Assembly (NCBI GenBank): GCA_965197905.1
Contig: CBDAOB010000005.1
Span: forward strand, 32,001 to 96,000
DNA from: Candidatus Latescibacterota bacterium
GTDB lineage: Bacteria; Latescibacterota; UBA2968; UBA8231
DNA length: 64,000 nt
Direction: 5' to 3'
Part shown: positions 32,501 through 44,000 of the stretch, piece after piece
How the letters are laid out: each line of letters opens with the position of its first letter
Position numbering within the stretch: position 1 is the first letter of the stretch
Position numbers and translations under genes: made by a program
Notes under the pieces: generated by a model
Told to the model about the DNA's origin: nothing
Databases searched by the model: none
What the model saw: only the letters and a program-made list of their open reading frames with translations

Positions 32501-34821
32501 GCGGTCACTACAACAACACCAGCGGTCTGGTGAACGAAAAGACCTTTTCGCTATCGGTGGACGGGGACACCGATCTGACTACAAGCAACACCGGCACCAG
32601 CATGGTGCTCAGCAGCGCGGCGGTGAGCAATGCCGCCGCAGCCAAGGTTTCAGCGGCGCCGTTGCCGACGAACAACACCGGGGTGCGTTTGTCCGAGAAC
32701 GGCACGGCCTTGCTTTCCACGAGTGCGCTCTCCTTCGCGGATGGTCTCAGCACAAACGCTCAGATCGTCTACACCGTCCAGGTCGTGCCAACAGCGGGCC
32801 GGCTGAGTAAGAGCGGATCGGTTCTTGGTGTGGGCAGCACCTTTGCGCAAGACGATATCGACAACAGCAGGATCAGCTATATGCACGACGGGTCTGAGCT
32901 GTTCAGTGACAGCTTTACGTTCACAGTAACGGGCTCCCTGGGCCAGGCCACCGCCAACACCGTCTTCCCATTTGAGATCGATCCCGTGAACGACGCCCCA
33001 CAGCTAGATGTGTTGCGCGAGGTTCAGGTGGACGAAGGGGGAAGTGTCGTTATCAGTAACGGGTACTTGCGGGTGTTGGACGGGGACTCTCATGCCAGTA
33101 AGCTGAATTTCTCGGTGCTTGAAGGTCCGTTTTATGGTCGCGTCGACCGCAGCAGCTTTTCACAGGCCGACATTGACGAATCACGAGTACGCTACGTGCA
33201 CGACGGATCTGAAAGCCGACGGGACAGTTTGCGTTTCAGTGTCGCTGATGCCAGCGGCGCCCAGTTTGTCAGCACCTGGCTGCGTTTTGCGATTCGGGCG
33301 CTCAACGACGGCCCCATCATCCCGACGATTGAAAATCCCAGCGTAAACGAAGGAGAGCTTCTCGTACTGGACCTGGCGGCTACCGACCCGGAAGGCGCCG
33401 CGATCCAGATGACGGTGACCGGACTTCCCACTGGCGCAACGCTCGACGGCACCATGCTCAAGTGGCTGCCCCTCTATGACCAGGCCGGCACCTATCCGTT
33501 CGCAGCGATTTACGACGACGGTCAAGGCGGGATCAGTCGACTCCGAATCGATATCCAGGTGGGCGAAGCTCCCGTGCCGGTGCTGATGCCCGAACCGGCC
33601 CTGCTGGATTTCGGTGACGTGCCGGCGGGAGAGACCGCGGACAAGACGTTTGCGCTGGTCAATCAGACGCAGGTTGCGCTGGAGCTGGGCCCCTTTTCGA
33701 GCACCTCCGCCAACCTGAGTGTGTTGAGTCCGGCCTTTCCCGTTGGGCTCGACCCGGCAAAGAGGGTGGACATCGCCGTCCGCTTTGCTGCGACCAACGA
33801 CCGCGCCGACCTGCAGCAAGCACAACTGCTCAGCTCGACGAGACTGGGGCCCGTTGAAGTACCGGTCATAGGACGCAGTGTCTGGCGCAGACTGGTGGCA
33901 GACTACACCGAAATCACCTTTCTTCCCGCTGTAATCGGCGACACCCGTTGGAAACATCTGACCTTGAGCAACCCGGGAAACCTGCCGCTAGAAGTCGCTG
34001 CGCAGATTTCGAGCGACAGCCCTTTTGGCATCGAACCCGCCGCCATCACTTTACCCGGTGGTGAAAAGGCGATCATGCGGGTTCGCTTTGTGCCAGTGAT
34101 AGAAGAATCGGTGGAGGCATTATTGGCGTTGACGAGCGAGCTGGGACAAATGGACGTCCATCTACGTGGTCAGGGCCGTGAACGCGAAGAAGGACGGGTT
34201 ACCATCGACTTCAACCTGGCCAATGGGAATCAACAACAGAGTCTCGTTGGCGATGCTATACCCGGTTCCGTATACGTGCTTCAGCTTCACGCCAAGGGAG
34301 CGCCACAGGCTTCGGGATGGAGTGTCCGTGTCGACTACGACTCGGACGCTGTGTCTTATGTTGTAGGCAGCTTCGCCCCCGGCTCGTTTCTCAGCCGCTT
34401 GACACCGCTGGAGCGTGTTGAGCTAGGTTACGTGGAAGTCGGTGGTGATGCCCTGGGTCGAGAGAGTCCAGAATCGGGAAGTGGCATACTGGGCACGCTC
34501 TCCTTCCAAGTCGAAGACGGTTTCTCGGGCGCGACCGAGCTGGCGGTAAGCCGTGTAGCATGGCGTCGAGAAGGTTGGATTGGGCCGGACCGGGACCTGG
34601 TTTATGCGCCGGCCAACATCACTTCAGCGCCGGTGATTTTCTTGAGTGCCGGAGACTTCAATGAAGACGGCAGCGTCGACATCGACGATTTTTTTCTGTT
34701 CGCCGAGCAGTTTGATCGGAGCGTGCCCCCCGCCGAGCCCCGCTTCGATCTGGATGACGACGGTCGCATCGGCCAGGTCGATTTCTTTCTCTTCGCTGAC
34801 CTGGTTGTCCAAGGGTTGTAA
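26505..34821 (+). CDS. Giant surface protein 2 (about 2772 aa) with four 7-bladed FG-GAP propellers; split by two 1-bp deletions (~29997, ~31729)
   Basis: ORFs 26505-30074, 30008-31801 and 31762-34821 join in repeat register to give exactly 4x7 blades; same leader and C-terminal modules as the paralogs. Confidence 0.85.
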
Positions 34822-35152
34822 CTCCGCGCACGAAGTCGTTTAGCTGCTAGTGGTGACTGAACTGGCACGCGCGACCGGCTCCGAGTAAATTCCTCTGTTC
34901 AACGCTGCGGGGGTGCGTCACCCACTTTACCGTTGGTCCTCCCAATTTTCTCGTCATTTCAAGGTGTTTGACGCAACCCTCTATATTCGACGGGCACCGG
35001 ACCAACGTGTGAAGGCATCACAACCTTTCATCCCTTCGATTGCTACATTGGGCCATCACTTAGCCCGGATTCTGCGACGTTGGTTGCAAGCGTTTTAGGG
35101 GGAAGACTGTGCAGAGGTCTCGAAACCGGTTCAGGTGCCCGACAAGAAAGCA

Positions 35153-38100
35153 ATGACGACTGAACGTCCCAACGCCAACATAGCCCAGCTGAGCGACCGT
35201 GCCCTCTACCGTCGCAGCGAAGAGATGCTGTTCGAGGCGGCGCGGCTGCACTGCAGCGGCCGGCGCTCCGGTTTGCGCAAGCGGGTGCGTCGTTACCTGA
35301 AGCCGTATCGGCGGGATCGGACCTTTCTCGCCTCCCTCGTGTCTTCGGTAGGCCGGGCCCTGGTCGTTGCCTACCTGTTGGCGCAGCTGTGGGCTACCGA
35401 GGTGAGTGCCCAACCCTCTTTCAGCTCCTCCTCGCCGGCCAACGCTAAACACAACATCACGGTCGGCAGCAACATCACGGCGACTTTCAGCCAAGCGATC
35501 GCCTCCGGTACGGTCTCGAGCTCTACGTTTGTGGTGCACGGTGGGTTCATCGGCAAACATTCAACCGGAGGCACCGCCAGCACTCACAAGGACGCCACCT
35601 ACACCGGCGGCGGCACGACGACCTTGACCATCAATCCAGGGGCCAACCTCGCGCCGGGTGAGCTGTTGAGCGTGACGCTGACGACGGGGCTGCAGAATGG
35701 TAGTGCCCAGGCGCTGTCGTCCGCAAAGGTGTTTCAGTTCCGGGCGGCGACGACTGGTGGACCGGCGGTGTTCAGTAACAATTCGCATAACGTCGATGCG
35801 TCGACCAATGCAACCCGATCAATTTCGTTGGGTGATCTGGATGGCGATGGCGATCTGGATCTGGTCACCGGGGATTACAGTCAGGTAAACCGCGTGTACT
35901 TGGGCAACAGCAATGGCACGTTCGCTGCGGGCAGCAACGTCGCTACGCCGACGAATCAAACCTGGTCCGTGTCACTGGGTGATCTGGATGGAGACGGCGA
36001 TCTTGATTTTCTCGCGGGTAATCGATTTCAGGCAAACCGGGTATACCTGGGCAATGGCAATGGTACCTTCGCTTCGGGCAATAATGCCGATACGCCGGCG
36101 AATTCGACCTTGTCGGTGTCTTTAGGTGATCTGGACGGGGATGGTGATCTGGATCTGGTAACAGGTAATGGGAACTCTCAGGTGAACCGCGTATACCTGG
36201 GCAATGGCAATGGCACGTTTGCTTCGGGCAACAATGTCGATACCCCGGCGAATGTTACCCAATTCGTGTCTTTGGGGGATTTGGACGGAGACGGCGATCT
36301 GGATCTGGTTACTGGAAATTTCAACCAGGTGAACCGGGTATATCTGGGTGATGGCGACGGAACGTTCGCCTCGGGCAGCGATATCGACGCGGCAACGAAT
36401 TCCACTCAGTCCGTGACGCTAGGGGACTTCGATGAGGATGGCGATCTGGATCTGGTTACAGGCGATAATGGCCAGGTGACCCGACTCCATTTGGGCAACG
36501 GCAATGGCTCGTTCGCGGCGGGCAGTGCAATCGCCACGCCTACCAACGGGACCCTCATAGCGTTGGTGGGAGATGTGGACGGGAATGGCGACCTGGACCT
36601 TGTCACGGGCAACTGGAACCAGGTGAACCGGGTGTATTTGGGCAATGGAAACGGAACCTTTTCCTCGGGCAGCGATGTCGACACACCGACCAATCAAACC
36701 TTTAAGGCGTTATTGGGGGATCTGGACGGAGATGGCGATTTGGATCTGGTCGCCGCCAATTATACTCAAGTGAACCGGATCTATCTGAACAATAACACCA
36801 AATTCTCGTCGTCCTCTCCGGCGGCCAACGCCAACAGCGCGGCGACCACTACCAACATCAGCCCCACTTTCACTCAGTCGATGCAGGCCGCCACGAATTC
36901 GACCTTTGTAGTGCACGGCAGTATGACGGGCAAACGCACTGGGACCTACAGCGGGTCGAACAGCACGACCCTGTCTTTTGATTCAACCAAAGACTTCCTG
37001 CCGGGTGAGGTCGTGGATGTAACGCTGACGGCAGGATTGCAGAACACCAGTGGTGATGCAATGCAACCGCCCCGGGCGTATCGGTTGCGCACGGCCGCGG
37101 TACAGGGGCCGGCGGTGTTCAGTAATATCTCTAATGATGTGGCTACGCCGACGAACCAGACCTATTCTGTATCGTTAGGTGATTTGGATGGCGACGGCGA
37201 TATCGATATCGTCGCCGGCAATGCCGGTCCGGTAAACCGGGTATATTTAGGCAACGGCAACGGCACCTTCGCTTCCGGCAGCGATGTCGACACCCCGACG
37301 AATACTACCCGGGCTGTTCCCTTAGGAGATGTGGATGGGGACGGCGATCTGGATCTGGTCGCAGGAAATCAGAATCAAGCGAATCGCGTCTATTTAGGTA
37401 CCGGAAACGGTACCTTCGCCACCGGCAACGACGTCGATACGCCGACGAATCAAACCTACTCCCTGTCGTTAGGAGATATAGATGGAGACGGTGATCTGGA
37501 TCTACTCGTAGGCAATCAGAATCAAGTAAATCGCGTCTATTTAGGCAACGGCAACGGTACTTTCGCCACCGGCAACGATGTCGATGCCGCGACGAATAAT
37601 ACCATTTTCGTATCGTTAGGGGATGTGGATGGGGACGGCGATTTGGATCTGGTCACTGGTGATTACAATCAAGTGAATCGGGTGTACCAAGGCGACGGCA
37701 ACGGCACCTTCGGCTCGCCCAGCAATGTCGACACTCCAACGAATAATACTAATTCCATATCGTTAGGGGATCTAGATAGCGACGGCGATTTGGATCTGGC
37801 CACCGGCAATTTCAATCAGGTGAACCGGATATATCTGGGCAATGGCAATGGCACGTTTGCCTCGGGCAACGATGTCGACACTCCGACGAACGCGACCATT
37901 TCCTTATCGCTAGGGGATGTGGATGGGGATGGTGACCTGGATCTGCTCGCGGGCAATTACAATCAGGTGAACCGGTTTTATTTAGGTATCGGCAATGGCG
38001 CGTTTGCCTCGGGCAGCGATGTCGATACGCCGGCGAACAATACCGACGCCGTATCGTTAGGGGATCTAGATGGTGACAATGATCTCGATTTGGTTACAGG

Positions 38101-40783
38101 AAATCGCAGTGAAGTGAACCGAGTCTACCTCAATTCGGGCAACAAGGACGGTACCCTGACCGCCAGCGCCACTCTGGATGAGAGCAGCACCATCAACCTC
38201 ACCTCCACCGTCGATACCGCAGCCGAGGCTGTGGACTTATTCGACTTCACATTCACCGACGGTTCCGGCGGCGACGGTCTGGCGCTGATCGTTTCAAAGA
38301 TCGTGCTCAATACTTCCGGCACAGGTGCCTTCTCGCAAGTTGTCTGGCTGCTCAACGGCCCCGACGCCAGCAACGTCGGCGGCACCTACAGCTCCAGCGC
38401 CAACACCATTACGTTTTCTGGTCTTTCGATCTCGGTGGCCGACGGCGCCAACGAGACCTACAAGATTCGGGGTTATTACAGCGACACGACCGGTTTGGTC
38501 GATGGCGCGACCTTCTCGCTGTCCTTGGACGGTGATACCGAGGTTACCGCGACCGCCGGTTCGAGCATGTCGGGCGGTAACAGTGCGGTGAGCAATGCGG
38601 CCGCCGCCAAGGTGGTAGCGCCTCCCTTGCCCACCAGCAACCGGGTCGTGCACCTGCCGGAAAACAGCTCGGTAATGCTCGCCTCGAACCTGCTGACCTT
38701 CGCCGATGCCTCCAGCACGACTGGACAGATCGTCTACACCGTGCAGGCTGTTCCCACCGCTGGTAAACTCATCAAGAGTGGCTCAACACTTGGTGCGGGT
38801 GGCACCTTCACCCAGGACGATATCGACAACAACCGCATCAGCTATGCACATGGCGGCTCCGAGTTTTCCAATGACCATTTCCTTTTCACAGTAATCGGCA
38901 CGCCGGGGCTGACTACCGCCAATACCGCCTTCCAAATCGAGGTCGATCCGGTCAACGACGCACCCGCTCTCGATGTGCTGCGCGAGGTCCATGTGGACGA
39001 AGGTGGAACCGTTGTCATCAGCAATGGGTATTTGCGAGTTCTGGACAGCGATGCAAAAGCCAGCGCAGTGACGTTTACCGTACACGAGGGTCCGTTCCAT
39101 GGCCGACTCGGCCGCAGCACCTTTTCTCAAGCCGACATCGACCGATCGCTGGTGAGCTACGTGCACGACGGCTCCGAAACCCAGCGGGACAGTCTGTTGT
39201 TCAGCGTCTCCGACGGCAACGGCGCTGGGCTCGTCACTACCTGGCTGAGCTTTGCGGTACGCTCGCTCAACGATGGACCGATCATCCCGTCCATCGAAAA
39301 CCCCAATATCAAGGAAGGAGAGCTACTGGTCCTGGACCTGACGGCAACCGACCCAGAAGGGGCGGCGCTCACGACCACCGTCACCGGACTTCCAACCGGG
39401 GCGACGCTCGACGGCACCATGCTCAAGTGGCTGCCCCTCTACGACCAGGCCGGATCCTATCCGTTGGCTGCTGTCTACGATGACGGTCAAGGCGGAACCA
39501 GCCGGCTTCGCATCGACATAAACGTCGCCGATTCCCCGGTGCCGATGCTTTTGCCCGAGCCGAGCTTGGTGGACTTTGGAGATGTTCCCGCCGGAGAGAC
39601 CGCGGACAGGTCGTTCGCACTGGTCAATCAGGCGCCAGTTGCTCTGGACCTGGCTCCTTTTTCGAGTACGTCCTCTAATCTGAACATTTCCAGTCCCGTG
39701 TTCCCGCAAACTCTAGAACCTGGGGAGCGCGTCGACATTGCTGTGCGTTTTACCGCCACTGCCGACCGCGCCGACCTGCAGCAAGCACTGCTGACCAGCG
39801 CTACGAAACTTGGACCGGCGGAAGTGCCGGTCGTGGGACGCAGCGTCTGGCGGCGACTCGTCGCCGACAATGACGAAATCGCTTTCCTGCCGGCGGTGAT
39901 CGGTGACACGCGCTGGAAGCATCTGAACCTGAGCAATCCGGGAAACCTTGCACTCGAAGTTTCGGCTCAACTTCCAGACCCCACGCCCTTTGGCGTCGAG
40001 CCCAGTGAATTGACCTTGCCGGGCGGCCAAGACAAAATCATGCGCGTTCGCTTCGTACCTATCACAATCGAACCTGCAGAGGAACTGCTAACGTTGACGA
40101 GCGAGCTAGGGCAAGTGGATATCCCGCTAAGGGGACAAGGGCGCGAACCCGAAAAGGGCCAGGTTAGCATAGACTTCAATCCGGACCAGGGGAATCAGCA
40201 GCAGAACCTCATCGGCGGTGCCATTTCCGGTTCGGTGTACGTGCTTCAGCTCCATGCCAGTGGAGTGCCACAGGTGTCGGGATGGAGCGTACGCATCGAC
40301 TACGACCCGGACGAGTTGTCGTACGTGGAAGGCAGCTTTGCTCCGGGTTCGTTTCTCCGCCGGATTACGCCGCTAGAGCGTGTCGGCGAGGGTTATGTGG
40401 AGGCCGGTGGTGAGGCACTCGGTGGCGAGAGCTTAGCAAGGGGGAACGGCGTTCTGGGGACCCTCTCATTCCAGGTGGACGACGGATTCTCGGGTCAGAC
40501 CGAGCTGTCCGTGAGTCGGGTGACGTGGCATCGGGAGGACCGGATAGGCCTGGATCGAAACTTTGTCTACGCCTCGGCCAACATAACCGCCGCCGCCGTG
40601 ACCTTCATCAGCCCTGCAGATTTCAACGCCGATGGCAGTGTCGACACCGACGATTTCCTGTTGTTTGCGGATCAGTTTGGTCGCCGCGTGCCGCCGGCCG
40701 AGCCCCGCTTCGATCTGGATGGCGATGGTCGGGTCAGCCACCTGGATTTCTTTCTCTTTGCCGACCTGGTTTTCCAGGAGTAG
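35153..40783 (+). CDS. Giant surface protein 3 (1876 aa), two FG-GAP propellers, same architecture
   Basis: Conserved leader, 14 FG-GAP repeats, cadherin-like/ASH/cohesin/dockerin tail. Confidence 0.88.
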   Translation: MTTERPNANIAQLSDRALYRRSEEMLFEAARLHCSGRRSGLRKRVRRYLKPYRRDRTFLASLVSSVGRALVVAYLLAQLWATEVSAQPSFSSSSPANAKHNITVGSNITATFSQAIASGTVSSSTFVVHGGFIGKHSTGGTASTHKDATYTGGGTTTLTINPGANLAPGELLSVTLTTGLQNGSAQALSSAKVFQFRAATTGGPAVFSNNSHNVDASTNATRSISLGDLDGDGDLDLVTGDYSQVNRVYLGNSNGTFAAGSNVATPTNQTWSVSLGDLDGDGDLDFLAGNRFQANRVYLGNGNGTFASGNNADTPANSTLSVSLGDLDGDGDLDLVTGNGNSQVNRVYLGNGNGTFASGNNVDTPANVTQFVSLGDLDGDGDLDLVTGNFNQVNRVYLGDGDGTFASGSDIDAATNSTQSVTLGDFDEDGDLDLVTGDNGQVTRLHLGNGNGSFAAGSAIATPTNGTLIALVGDVDGNGDLDLVTGNWNQVNRVYLGNGNGTFSSGSDVDTPTNQTFKALLGDLDGDGDLDLVAANYTQVNRIYLNNNTKFSSSSPAANANSAATTTNISPTFTQSMQAATNSTFVVHGSMTGKRTGTYSGSNSTTLSFDSTKDFLPGEVVDVTLTAGLQNTSGDAMQPPRAYRLRTAAVQGPAVFSNISNDVATPTNQTYSVSLGDLDGDGDIDIVAGNAGPVNRVYLGNGNGTFASGSDVDTPTNTTRAVPLGDVDGDGDLDLVAGNQNQANRVYLGTGNGTFATGNDVDTPTNQTYSLSLGDIDGDGDLDLLVGNQNQVNRVYLGNGNGTFATGNDVDAATNNTIFVSLGDVDGDGDLDLVTGDYNQVNRVYQGDGNGTFGSPSNVDTPTNNTNSISLGDLDSDGDLDLATGNFNQVNRIYLGNGNGTFASGNDVDTPTNATISLSLGDVDGDGDLDLLAGNYNQVNRFYLGIGNGAFASGSDVDTPANNTDAVSLGDLDGDNDLDLVTGNRSEVNRVYLNSGNKDGTLTASATLDESSTINLTSTVDTAAEAVDLFDFTFTDGSGGDGLALIVSKIVLNTSGTGAFSQVVWLLNGPDASNVGGTYSSSANTITFSGLSISVADGANETYKIRGYYSDTTGLVDGATFSLSLDGDTEVTATAGSSMSGGNSAVSNAAAAKVVAPPLPTSNRVVHLPENSSVMLASNLLTFADASSTTGQIVYTVQAVPTAGKLIKSGSTLGAGGTFTQDDIDNNRISYAHGGSEFSNDHFLFTVIGTPGLTTANTAFQIEVDPVNDAPALDVLREVHVDEGGTVVISNGYLRVLDSDAKASAVTFTVHEGPFHGRLGRSTFSQADIDRSLVSYVHDGSETQRDSLLFSVSDGNGAGLVTTWLSFAVRSLNDGPIIPSIENPNIKEGELLVLDLTATDPEGAALTTTVTGLPTGATLDGTMLKWLPLYDQAGSYPLAAVYDDGQGGTSRLRIDINVADSPVPMLLPEPSLVDFGDVPAGETADRSFALVNQAPVALDLAPFSSTSSNLNISSPVFPQTLEPGERVDIAVRFTATADRADLQQALLTSATKLGPAEVPVVGRSVWRRLVADNDEIAFLPAVIGDTRWKHLNLSNPGNLALEVSAQLPDPTPFGVEPSELTLPGGQDKIMRVRFVPITIEPAEELLTLTSELGQVDIPLRGQGREPEKGQVSIDFNPDQGNQQQNLIGGAISGSVYVLQLHASGVPQVSGWSVRIDYDPDELSYVEGSFAPGSFLRRITPLERVGEGYVEAGGEALGGESLARGNGVLGTLSFQVDDGFSGQTELSVSRVTWHREDRIGLDRNFVYASANITAAAVTFISPADFNADGSVDTDDFLLFADQFGRRVPPAEPRFDLDGDGRVSHLDFFLFADLVFQE

Positions 40784-41058
40784 CTGAGCAGCTGGTTTAC
40801 GACTGGCTGCTATACTCCCACGACCGTGATTCAGGCTTCGTGGTGCTGGCGGATCTCACACCAAGCTATGCCCAGATATCGGTAGCAGCTTCACGTGCGA
40901 CAGGCTCACGATAGATCACCACCCCCCCTCCGTTCATTTATTATATTGAGCGATTAATTCGCGTCGAGTTTCGGCCAATAGCCCATTCCTTATGCAGGGA
41001 TGGCGCGAACCGCCCCGCAACGTCACCGAGGTTGAGTCGCCCTATGCATAAAGCGATA

Positions 41059-44000
41059 ATGACCGAGGGTAGGGCCAACGTCGATCACCTGAGCGACCGG
41101 GCGCTCTACCGCCGCAGCGAGGAGATGCTCTTCGAGGCGGCGAGGCTGCACTGCAGCGGCCGGCGCTCCGGCCTGCGCAAGCGGATACGCCGCTACCTGA
41201 AGCCGTATCGGCGGGATCGGACCTTTCTCGCCTCCCTCGTTTCTTCGGTAGGCCGGGCCCTGGTCGTTGCCTACCTCTTGGCGCAGCTGTGGGCTGCCGA
41301 GGTGAGTGCCCAACCTTCCTTCAGCTCCTCCTCGCCGGCCAACGCTAAACACAACATCGCAGTCGGCAGCAACATCACGGCTACCTTTTCCCAGGCGATC
41401 GCTTCGGGCACTGTGTCGAGCTCCACCTTCGTGCTGCACGGCGGTTTCATTGGCAAACATTCAACCGGGGGCACCGCCAGCACCCACAAGGACGCTACCT
41501 ACACCGGCGGCGGCACGACGACTCTGACCCTCAATCCGGGAGCTAACTTCGCGCCGGGAGAGCTGTTGAGCGTGACCTTGACGACGGGCTTGCAGAATGG
41601 GAGCGCACAGGCGTTGTCGGCGGCGAAAGTGTTTCAGTTTATGGCGGCAACCAGCGGTGGGCCGGCGGTGTTCAGCAATGAATCGCAAAACTTTGGGACG
41701 GGCAGCGATGGGACCTTCGAGGTTGTTGCTGGCGATGTGGACGGAGACGGCGATCTGGACCTGGCGGTCGGCAACCATACTGGGCAGAATGTCGTGTATC
41801 TGGGCGATGGGGACGGGACGTTTGCTACGGCCGGTAACAATTTCGGCCCAGGGGGCGGGCAAACATGGACGGTGCAGTTCGGCGACGTGGACGGAGACGG
41901 CGATCTGGACGCAGCCTCGGCTGAGTACAACAGCCAGAATCGCGTCTACTTCGGAGACGGAGACGGCACCTTCGACACGACGAACACCAACTACGGTACC
42001 GGCATTGACAAAACGGTTCAGGTACTGCTTGGGGATCTGGACGGGGACGGCGACCTCGACCTGGTTGGCGGAACCTACACGTTGCAAAACGTAGTGTATA
42101 TGGGGGATGGAGACGGGTCCTTCGATACGACCAGTCACAATTTCGGCACCGGTACCGACAATACTCGAGCCCTGGCACTTGGCGATGCGGACGGGGATGG
42201 CGATCTGGATCTATTCGTCGGCAACAACGCGGCGCAGAATGTCGTGTATATGGGGGATGGAGACGGCACGTTCGATACAACCAGCAACAACTTCGGACCG
42301 GGTACCCAGGCGACAGTCGATCTTACGCTAGGTGATGTGGACGGGGACGGGGATCTGGACTTGCTCGTGGGGAATGCAGCCGCGCAACAGAATGTCCTGC
42401 ATTTAGGCGATGGCGACGGCACTTTCGACACGACTAGCATCAACTTCGGCACTGGATCTGACGGGACCTACGCCGTGAGGTTGGGCGATCTGGACGGGGA
42501 CGGCGATCTGGACTTGTTCGCGGGCAACTACGGTGGACAGGATGTCGTGTACCTAGGGGATGGGGACGGGACCTTTGATACGACCAGTCGCAACTTAGGT
42601 ACTGGAAGTGAGAAGACATCGACCGGCTCGATGGGAGACCTGGACGGGGATGGTGACCTGGACATCGTCGTGGGAAGCAGAAATGAGCAAAATGTGGTCT
42701 ATCTAAACAACGAAACGGCGTTCTCGTCATCTTCGCCGGCGGCCAACGCCAACAGTGTGGCCACCACCACCAACGTCAGCGCCACCTTCAATAAGACCAT
42801 GAAGGCGGCGACGAGCTCGACCTTTTTGGTGTACGGCAGTATGACGGGTAAACGCGCGGGGAGCTACAGCGGTGCGGGAAGCACGACCGCGACGTTCGAT
42901 CCGACGAAGGACTTCAAGCCCGGTGAGCTGGTGGAAGTAACGGTGACACCGGGCCTGCAGAGCACCGCCGGCGATGCGGTGCAACCGCCTCGGGTGTATC
43001 AGTTTCGCGCAGCGGCAGCCAAGGGGCCGGTGGTGTTCAGTCATGTTTCGAGCGATGTCGCCACGCCAACGAACGATACCTGGGAGGCTTTGTTGGGAGA
43101 TCTTGACGCGGACGGCGATCTGGATCTGGTCACTGGCAATAACAATCAAGTGAACCGGGTGTATTTGGGTAATGGCAATAGCACGTTCGCCTCCGGTAAC
43201 GACCTGGCCACGCCAGCGAATAGCACCCGAACCGCGGCGTTAGGTGATTTGGACGGGGACGGCGACGTGGATCTGGTTACCGGTAATGCCAGCTCCACTG
43301 TAAACCGGGTGTATTTGAGCAACGGCAACGGCACCTTCGCTTCGGGCAACGATGTCGCTACGCCGACCAACAACACCTGGTCGGTGTCATTGGGTGATTT
43401 GGATGGGGACAGCGACCTAGATCTGGTCACCACCAACGCAAATCAGGTGAACCGGGTGTATCTAAGCAACGGCAATGGCATCTTTGCGACGGGCAGCGAT
43501 GTCGATACGCCGACAAATAATAGCCAGACCGCATTGTTAGGCGATTTGGACGGGGACGGCGACGTGGATCTGGTTACCGGTAATGCCAGCTCCACTGTAA
43601 ACCGGGTGTATTTGGGCAATGGCAATGGCTCCTTCGCGTCGGGCAGCGACGTTGCCACGCCGGCGAATACCACCCGAACCGCGGCGTTAGGTGATTTGGA
43701 CGGGGACGGCGACCTGGATCTGGTTACCGGCAATGACGGTCAAGTGAACCGGGTGTATTTGAGCAACGGCAACGGCACCTTCGCTTCGGGCAACGATGTC
43801 GCCACGCCGACCAACAACACCTGGTCGGTGTCATTGGGAGATATGGATGGGGATGGCGATCTGGACTTCGTCGCAGGCAATTACCCTCAGGTGAACCGGG
43901 TGTATTTGGGTAATGGCAATGGCACGTTCGCTACCGGCAGTGATGTCGATACGCCGACCAACAAGACCTTCGCCGTGCCGTTGGGAGACTTGGATGGGGA

